From: an uncultured Chloroflexia bacterium
Lineage (GTDB): Bacteria > Chloroflexota > Ktedonobacteria > Ktedonobacterales > JADMIN01
Length of the DNA stretch: 32,000 nt
Assembly: GCA_963718915.1 (NCBI GenBank)
Contig: CAVRAI010000003.1
Coordinates: forward strand, 840,001 to 872,000
Reading direction: 5' to 3'
A program made the translations under genes and the position numbers. Below are positions 16,701 through 22,688 of this stretch, piece after piece. The notes beneath the pieces are model-generated. The model was not told where the DNA came from. It worked only from the letters and a program-made list of their open reading frames with translations, and ran no database searches. The first letter of the stretch is position 1. Each line of letters starts with the position of its first letter.

Positions 16701-17440
16701 TTGATCGTATGCAACTGGAACTTGAGCAAGTTCGCAACCGCCACTTCGCAGCGCGTGATCGGGAGCATCGCCTGACCGAAATACTTGGTGATCCAGGGGT
16801 GGAACTCGAGGTCGAGGCGTGTGGCCATCGCGTCCAAGAACTCGATGAGGAGCGAGCCATCTGCCAGCACGCCATCGGCATAATCCAGGAGACTCGTGAT
16901 CGCATTGCTCGGCAGGTTCTGCCGACCACAGAACGCAATATGGAATTGTTGCTTCGTGAACTTACCATGCACCGCTACTGGAGCGTTCGATTGACACCAC
17001 CTGCCAGCGAAGAGAGGCAGCTCAACCAGCTTGATTACCGCATTCGTGTATGGGATCAGACAGCCCAGCGCTATGTTGCCAAGAATCTCTTCTCTGGAGG
17101 TACACGAGATCAATGTTCCCTGGCATTGCGGCTCGCCTTTGCTCTGGCGACTCTCCCACAGGAGCTAGGCATTGCGCCTGGTTTCATTTTTCTGGATGAG
17201 CCATTGAGCGCCTTCGATGCCCAGCGTGCGCAAGCACTTGTGAATCTGCTCACGACAGGAATCATTGCTCAGCAGTTCGCCCAGGTCGTGGTCATCTCGC
17301 ATCAGCATGCGTTTGATCGCAACGCATTTCAGTATCATATTCGTATGGATAGTGGCCAAGTCGTCGAGAGCGATCTCCCAGTGATGCCCAGCCACTCTTT
17401 GCAACGCACGCCTATGAAAGCCTCTAGTGCGCGTGCGTGA
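13721..17440 (+). CDS. Rad50/SbcC-like SMC-type ATPase with central hydrophobic hairpin
   Basis: Walker A GHNEAGKSTLFEAV. Q-loop FVEQKELG. More than 800 aa of heptad-like E/Q/R/A-rich sequence. Signature FSGGTRDQCSLALRLA. Walker B FIFLDEPLSAFD. H-loop VVISHQH. Hydrophobic block TAATMLLAMIALVAGAILSPWLLVIGAILGVVAIF at residues ~526-560. Confidence 0.9.
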   Translation: MITLRHLHVENFKGLDSVDLSFPEQGSILIEGHNEAGKSTLFEAVYVALYGEPLVGEDNRPRLEEVIKHGQPQALVELTFAVSTEQLTIRRVLRREQPQQARLTIRQPNGHEETVNRPTAVNRRILQELNNLDGDNLRNSCFVEQKELGRLEDMNPSRREQAIQSLLGLERLTKLSDQFKFKREQERELDHARRLLELAYAQQDVRVLVVEEQAAAERLDATRIAAQLTECAALEEQQTALREQSQANVFRETDLRGRLEYAGRIRGQVSRCNVVQQQLERATAQRETVERLKGKLAEMDAIERQAIPETRTQLDRTLTALKLVVDAEEKRMAVHDATGIEQEALRAVAELERAKEVVRQRAETLDISRARANQHRKEAASSREQNQRQLAILSARHNQLSHMLELVMAWEHKRDALEAVRQQIRDAEKNAQRLLELRATLLQREETAHQAVGRAEQAERKRQQAESHRRQSEGYEALHEWIRLKEVEASLSGFAQDRTTMEAERQQATAAYASAQARARGLLYQTAATMLLAMIALVAGAILSPWLLVIGAILGVVAIFRGGGYWRSRVATTAGKQAVESVANKLRELTMRYQAAVHAGGDPAQLGQRERALTAAGFAVPSSLDAARNLLARLSAEGIIDYQRARVSADEAVTTLARLKAEAERAQGDVDQTRVALHNLEEQGDASVMLRELHIRETQESKAAEAAEATAREATKGELSWPTNQAQIDMAAAACQAEQQTIQRTMADAEAQTRRIEHDDEDAIAQAHQVLRTAEDAVAVLQMPDPQAMLTDAQANLVHAEELARAAETQSQLAVRGMGLSPERTAVEAARGRVEERLRNLESQLTTRPAVETAFTNAQTTYADMLQKASNALLAIVESARSLAIASLQGVAALEDQAARERPLAARLDEVCAALVSALTELHEADAQTELERLLHEKGTLNQRLQSMESQLASIEGDIQSILAARHLPTPTQYTATALAAVWPLIGTASAHELDRMQLELEQVRNRHFAARDREHRLTEILGDPGVELEVEACGHRVQELDEERAICQHAIGIIQETRDRIARQVLPTTERNMELLLRELTMHRYWSVRLTPPASEERQLNQLDYRIRVWDQTAQRYVAKNLFSGGTRDQCSLALRLAFALATLPQELGIAPGFIFLDEPLSAFDAQRAQALVNLLTTGIIAQQFAQVVVISHQHAFDRNAFQYHIRMDSGQVVESDLPVMPSHSLQRTPMKASSARA

Positions 17441-17494
17441 TGCCGTCGTATCAGTGTTGCGCCCTTCCCTACCCATCGTCTGTAGCCGATACGG

Positions 17495-17558
17495 TCATGG
17501 TGGCGGAAGGCTACGCGGTGGGGCGCTCAGGAGGCGTGTAGCGACCGCAGGTCAATCC
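17495..17558. repeat. direct repeat, right copy (functional 3' end of the oxidoreductase gene plus flank)
   Basis: See 8621-8680. Includes the stop codon at 17527-17529. Confidence 0.8.
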
Positions 17559-18786
17559 GCTCGTCGGCCAGGTCGGCGTCCGAGACGCGAACGCGCGCGC
17601 GAATCAGTTCCTGGCATGCGTGTAGCTCGGAGTCGGCCTCGATTTCTGGATCGCCGCCACGGTTCAGCCCGAACACCGCCTGGATGATGCCCTGCGTCAG
17701 GTAGAAGACCAGGAACTTCCGGCTCTCGAAGGTCCCACGAAGCACAATCTTTTCCCAGGTTCGGGCGAACCCTACGTACTCGATGTTGTGCTCAAATTGA
17801 TCCGACCAGAAGCTGTAGATATAGTCATAGGCCTGGGGATCGCCCAGCACGGCGCGGGCGACGGCGCGGCCCTGGCGTTCGGCGTTGTTGTAGTGCTCCA
17901 CCCGCAGACGCCCGAAGACCGGATGCTGGATATTGGCCACATCGCCCGCCGCGAAGACATCGGGCATGTTCGTCCGGCACTGCGCGTCGACGAGAATGCC
18001 GTTATTCAGGGCAATCGCACTCCCCGTGAGCGCATCCACGTCTGGCGCGATGCCGATGCCCACGACCACCAGATCGCATTCCAGCCGCGCGCCTGTCCCG
18101 GTCAGCACGCGCTCCACCCGGCCGTTGCCCTCGATGCCGGTCACGTGCTCCTGTGTGACCAGTCTCACCCCGTGCTCACGATGAATCGCCGCCAGCACCG
18201 AAGCGACCTCAGGGCCAAGCACTTTGACGAGCGGCGCTGCCCCAGGGAGCACGACGGTCACGTCGAGACCCATCTGCCGGAGCGAGGCCGCAACCTCGGC
18301 GCCGATGAATCCCATGCCGACGACGACCACTCGCGCGCCGGGATGGGCCGCCTGACGAATCGCCTCGCACTCCGCGACCGTGCGCAGCTGATAGACGCCT
18401 GGCAAGGACGCTCCTGGCACGTCAAAACGCTGATTCTTGCCACCTGTGCAGAGGATCAGCCTGTCATAGCGCATGGCATCGCCGCTCGCAAGGTGGAGCT
18501 GCCTGAGGTCGGTGTCGATGCGTTCCACGCTGACCCCGGTGCGGAACTCGATATCGTGCGCGCCGTACCAGTCCGCCGGCCTGACATACCAGGCGCTGAG
18601 ATCTTCCTCGCCGCGCAGATAGGTCTTGGAGAGCGGTGGTCGGCCAAATGGGATGCCCGGCTCCCTGCCCAGCAGGACGATGCGGCCACGCCACCCCTCT
18701 TCGCGCAGAGTTACCGCTGCGTTGCCACCCGCCAGACCCGCGCCGAGAATCACGATGGTCTGCTCACTCCTTGCGTCTGCGTTCAT
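17527..18786 (-). CDS. FAD-dependent pyridine nucleotide-disulfide oxidoreductase (ferredoxin-reductase type)
   Basis: TIVILGAGLAGG (FAD GxGxxG), VVVVGMGFIGAEVA (NAD(P) GxGxxG), AAGDVA, and a C-terminal reductase domain. ATG at 18786 is preceded by AAAGGAG and is preferred over the ORF-track start at 18885. Confidence 0.85.
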   Translation of the reverse strand: MNADARSEQTIVILGAGLAGGNAAVTLREEGWRGRIVLLGREPGIPFGRPPLSKTYLRGEEDLSAWYVRPADWYGAHDIEFRTGVSVERIDTDLRQLHLASGDAMRYDRLILCTGGKNQRFDVPGASLPGVYQLRTVAECEAIRQAAHPGARVVVVGMGFIGAEVAASLRQMGLDVTVVLPGAAPLVKVLGPEVASVLAAIHREHGVRLVTQEHVTGIEGNGRVERVLTGTGARLECDLVVVGIGIAPDVDALTGSAIALNNGILVDAQCRTNMPDVFAAGDVANIQHPVFGRLRVEHYNNAERQGRAVARAVLGDPQAYDYIYSFWSDQFEHNIEYVGFARTWEKIVLRGTFESRKFLVFYLTQGIIQAVFGLNRGGDPEIEADSELHACQELIRARVRVSDADLADERIDLRSLHAS

Positions 18787-18979
18787 GGCGGCGCTCCTTT
18801 CGAGTCGAGAAAACGAATGGTCTGGTGTCTGCATCGCGCGAGACTCTCCTTCACTATTCCACGTTGCATGCCACGGATACTCCACAGCAAAGGAGTCTCC
18901 CCCGCACGCATGCTATACTCTACACAGGAAATGGAGAACAGCCTGACAACGGCCTGAAGGCGCCCGAAGTGAGTGTGAT

Positions 18980-19804
18980 GTGACGACGCTGCCCCATATC
19001 GTCCCAGCAGGCCCTATCCGGCTGGTCGCAACCGATCTGGATGGGACGCTGCTCCGCACGGACGGCTCCATTTCCGCGCGCACTCGCGCCCTGCTGGCTT
19101 CTTTGCGCCAGCGCGACATTCCGCTGGTCATGGTCTCGGCTCGCCCGCCGCGCTCGCTCCGCCAGATTGGCGACGATATCGGCGTTGAGGCTATTGCTAT
19201 CGGTTGCAATGGCGCGCTGATCTATGACGCCAGCACCGAGACCATTCTCGATCACTGGCCGCTCTCGTCGGAGGTGGCTACGCGGCTCGTCACCGATCTG
19301 CGCCAGCGCCTGCCAGACGCCTGCTTTGCCATCGAGAACGGCTTTCACTACGGCTGGGAGCGCGGCTACCTGGCGATACGAGGCAGGCCGCCGGAGGATG
19401 AGCGCCTGATCGACGACGCTCTGGCTCTCTGCCGCGTGCCCGTCTCCAAGCTGCTGATGCGCCATCCCACGCTTGACGCCGACGCGATGCTGGCGATAGG
19501 GCGCGCGGTTGCGGGCGAGGATGCGGTGGCGACCCATTCGGGCGCGCGGCTTTTGGAGTTCTCCGCCTCCGGTGTTGATAAAGCCGCGGCGCTGGCCGCT
19601 CTTTGCGCGCGCCTGGGCATCGCGCCCGCGCAGGTCGTGGCGTTCGGTGATATGCCCAACGACGTCCCGATGCTACGCTGGGCGGGCATGGGTATCGCCG
19701 TCGCCAATGCGCATGTCGAGGCGCTCTCGGTAGCCGACATGGTGACCGCCAGCAACGACGAGGACGGCGTAGCGGTAGCGCTGGAAACGCTGTTGGCAAG
19801 TTAA
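18980..19804 (+). CDS. Cof-type HAD-IIB family hydrolase
   Basis: Motif I ATDLDGTLL, motif II VSARP, motif III/IV FGDMPNDVPM. GTG start. Confidence 0.85.
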   Translation: MTTLPHIVPAGPIRLVATDLDGTLLRTDGSISARTRALLASLRQRDIPLVMVSARPPRSLRQIGDDIGVEAIAIGCNGALIYDASTETILDHWPLSSEVATRLVTDLRQRLPDACFAIENGFHYGWERGYLAIRGRPPEDERLIDDALALCRVPVSKLLMRHPTLDADAMLAIGRAVAGEDAVATHSGARLLEFSASGVDKAAALAALCARLGIAPAQVVAFGDMPNDVPMLRWAGMGIAVANAHVEALSVADMVTASNDEDGVAVALETLLAS

Positions 19805-19886
19805 TCATGCCTTCAGTCATCCTCGCAATGCGTCAACCGGCCTCAAATGCACCAATGATTATTCGGGAAAATTGGGCGTTGACAAC

Positions 19887-19915
19887 TTCACACTGGACGA
19901 AGGCTCCGCTATAGA
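19887..19915 (+). promoter_or_regulatory. candidate promoter upstream of the vWA gene
   Basis: TTCACA (19887-19892), 17 nt, TATAGA (19910-19915). Downstream leader contains an 8-bp inverted repeat, CAGGGTTG/CAACCCTG. Pattern match only. Confidence 0.3.
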
Positions 19916-20039
19916 TACATAATCCACAGTGCAGGGTTGCCCACAATCAGCGGTTTGCCTGGAAGAAAAACAACCCTGGCGGTCAAACCAGCGTAGAGAA
20001 TACCAAACGGCCTTGGATATCAGGGTAAGAGGGTCGCTT

Positions 20040-22616
20040 GTGATTCGAATAGTGAGCAAACAACGATCACGGCTTGGCATGACAGCACGACGGCTTCTTG
20101 CTGTTATGTCACTCGGCATTCTTGTAGTCACTCTATCTCCGCTCGCTTCTCTCTCTGTCCTTGCGCAGCCAGCCAGTTCCATCGCGCCGACAGCGTCCGC
20201 GCCTGCTGGCCATGTCACGATCCTCGTCCTCGATATGTCCGGCTCGATGGGCAGCAACGATCCGAATGGATTGCGCTGCTCGGCGGCTAACGCCTATATC
20301 GATTTGAGCGGGCCGGGCGATTTCGTCGGCGTCGTCGGTCTGGATAACACCGGCCCGACGGGCGGCGCGCATAACTTCCCGCTGGCGCAGGTATGGGCCG
20401 AGCCGAGTGAAATGGCGACGGTTGCCGCGCGCGCGCAACTGCATAACACCATCGCTACGAAGTCCCATAACTGCAAGCCCGACTCCGCGACCCCCACCTA
20501 CGACGCCTTGCAACGAGCGCTGACGATGCTCACGGCATCCACCGCGCAGACGCATCTGCCCGGCTCCGTCATCCTGCTGACCGATGGCGTGCCCGCGCCA
20601 CAACAGAACGAGCAGATCAGCGCGATCCAGACCGACCTCGTGCCGCAGTTCAAGCAGCGCGACTTTCCGGTTGATACGGTGGCCCTTGGCGCGGACGGCA
20701 CGCTGCGGTCGTTCCTGAGCGACCTCGCCAACGCGACGGGCGGCGCGTACTATGACGATGGACACGGCGTGGTCAGTGGCGTCTCGCCCTTGAACATCGC
20801 GCCCTTCTTTGTCAGCATCTTCGCCCAGCGCAATGGCCGCACGGTGACGCATGACATCCCGCCGACAGCGCTTTCCGGCGGCACGGTCTCGCGGAACTTC
20901 TCTATCGGCGCCTTTGTCTCGCATCTCGATGTCGTCGCCGTCAAAGACTCACCTGCTACGCGCGTGACGCTGACCGCGCCCAACGGCCAAGTCTTGCCGC
21001 CAGCGGTCGCCGGAACATTTATCTCCAGCGACCCTCATTACGTCATCTTCAGTGTGGATCATCCGCAGAGTGGGGCATGGCAACTGAATGTGACTGGCTC
21101 CGGGCGCTTCCTGATGGATAGCCTCAAGCTCTCGACCCTCGGCCTGAGCATCCTCGCGCCCGCCTCGGACACGCCAGAGCCGCTGGGCCAGCCGCTGACG
21201 GTGAGCGCGACGCTCAACGACAATGGCACGCCGATCACTGGCAGCCGCTATAGCATGAACGGAACGATTGCCTACAGCGGCGGCACGGGTAGCTATACGC
21301 AGGAGTTCGTGCTGGACGACCACGCCAGCCCGGGTACCTATGCCGCGCAGATTACGATTCCGCCCAGCGCGCCCGCTGGAACCTATAACGTCACGATCAA
21401 CGCGCGCGAGGTGAGCGATACCATCGCCAGCGCCAATCGTCTGGTCCGCATCGAACTCTTCCCATCGCCGCTGCTCGTCGCTCCCTCCACCGGCAAGCTC
21501 ACCACCGATACCGTCGCCACGAGCGAGACCCTGTGGGATCCCGCACTGCGCGCGATCTATAGCGTGCCGTTTGGGGTGCTGACCTGGCTCAGTGGCTGGC
21601 CGTTGCAGGGGCATCCGGTGGTGGACGGCGCGCGGCTCGACGGCGCGGTTCAGCTCGACGGCAAACCGTATGCTAACGCCAGCGTCAGCGGCTTGGCCAC
21701 ACGCGATGGCTCGAAGACGGCGATCCCGCTGCATATCGCGCCTGGCGAGAACGGGCGCTTCACGGCGGCCTTTACGCCCAGCGGTGACGGCCAGTACGCG
21801 CTGACGTTCAGGACGCTGGGCAGTTTCAAGGATTCGCATGGCGACCTCGGCACGACCACCCGCACGGTGGCGCTCAAGACGCAGCCCGCCTCGCTCGCGC
21901 AGGAGGCCATCGCCTGGGCCATTACGTTGCTATATCTCGCCATCCTCGTGCTGATTGTGCTGCTGATCCGCTATGCCATCTCGCAGAAGCCGTTCGGACG
22001 ATTGGTCTCCAACGACGGCGGAGGCGGCGAGGAGTTCTCCCGCGCACGTCGCGGGCTATTTGGGCTGCTGCATCCGGGCACGGTGCTCTCGCAGCAGATG
22101 GGGCTTGACCCCGGCCTGATCTTCAGCTTCCGGCGCGGCAACCGCATCACCGTCGAGGGCAACGGCGGCGGTCGGCGGGCCTACCGGCTTGGCGGCGAGC
22201 CGCTCCCCACCAGCCCCGTCCCTGCCGCGGAGTCGCTGCTGACGACCAACGAGGGGATGTCCTATACGGTGAGCGCGTCGAGTAGCGATGAGTTCCTGGA
22301 CGAAGAAGAGGGCACGCGGCGCGGCGGACTGCTGCGCCGCAAATCGGCCAGCGACGACTACTTTGACGATGACGACGCTCGTGGGCGGCGCGGTCTGTTC
22401 GGGCGGCGGTCGCGTGGCGACGACTACGATGACGAGGGGAATCGCGGCAGCCGACGTAAATCGCGGCGCGCGCGGGACGACTACGACGATATGGACGACG
22501 ACGGCCCCTCGCGCTCGCGCGGTGGTTCGCGTGGCCGTTCGCATGGCGATGATTTTGACGACTATTCTTCAGGCGGGCGATCCAGGAAATCGCGGCGGCG
22601 CGATGATGACTATTGA
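20040..22616 (+). CDS. exported von Willebrand factor A (vWA) domain protein with a single C-terminal TM helix and a charged disordered cytoplasmic tail
   Basis: GTG 20040 is preceded by AAGAGGG; ATG 20079 is an alternative start. Signal-peptide-like MTARRLLAVMSLGILVVTLSPLASLSVLAQP. MIDAS motif VLDMSGSMGS, TPTYDAL, ILLTDG. Long beta-rich ectodomain. TM helix AIAWAITLLYLAILVLIVLLIRYAI. R/D-rich tail. Confidence 0.85.
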   Translation: MIRIVSKQRSRLGMTARRLLAVMSLGILVVTLSPLASLSVLAQPASSIAPTASAPAGHVTILVLDMSGSMGSNDPNGLRCSAANAYIDLSGPGDFVGVVGLDNTGPTGGAHNFPLAQVWAEPSEMATVAARAQLHNTIATKSHNCKPDSATPTYDALQRALTMLTASTAQTHLPGSVILLTDGVPAPQQNEQISAIQTDLVPQFKQRDFPVDTVALGADGTLRSFLSDLANATGGAYYDDGHGVVSGVSPLNIAPFFVSIFAQRNGRTVTHDIPPTALSGGTVSRNFSIGAFVSHLDVVAVKDSPATRVTLTAPNGQVLPPAVAGTFISSDPHYVIFSVDHPQSGAWQLNVTGSGRFLMDSLKLSTLGLSILAPASDTPEPLGQPLTVSATLNDNGTPITGSRYSMNGTIAYSGGTGSYTQEFVLDDHASPGTYAAQITIPPSAPAGTYNVTINAREVSDTIASANRLVRIELFPSPLLVAPSTGKLTTDTVATSETLWDPALRAIYSVPFGVLTWLSGWPLQGHPVVDGARLDGAVQLDGKPYANASVSGLATRDGSKTAIPLHIAPGENGRFTAAFTPSGDGQYALTFRTLGSFKDSHGDLGTTTRTVALKTQPASLAQEAIAWAITLLYLAILVLIVLLIRYAISQKPFGRLVSNDGGGGEEFSRARRGLFGLLHPGTVLSQQMGLDPGLIFSFRRGNRITVEGNGGGRRAYRLGGEPLPTSPVPAAESLLTTNEGMSYTVSASSSDEFLDEEEGTRRGGLLRRKSASDDYFDDDDARGRRGLFGRRSRGDDYDDEGNRGSRRKSRRARDDYDDMDDDGPSRSRGGSRGRSHGDDFDDYSSGGRSRKSRRRDDDY

Positions 22617-22688
22617 CTGCCAGTTTGCGCGATAATCGCCTCGCTGGCAAACGGCCAGGCGAGGAGCAGCTTATAGATATGTAGACAA

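Noticed and set aside
7097-17516. Search for an integrase, transposase, relaxase or phage structural genes that would explain the three inserts.
   Set aside because: No ORF shows tyrosine- or serine-recombinase or DDE motifs that I can recognise. The inserts are therefore reported as scars or cargo only, not as an annotated mobile element.
17788-18957. 389-aa plus-strand ORF covering the oxidoreductase locus. Similar long antisense or alternate-frame ORFs occur at 20133-20924, 20949-21839, 22147-22734, 26702-27721 and 30066-30887.
   Set aside because: These are Arg/Ala/Gly/Pro-rich shadow ORFs of the kind expected opposite, or out of frame with, genuine high-GC genes. The overlapping frames carry clear family motifs and these do not.
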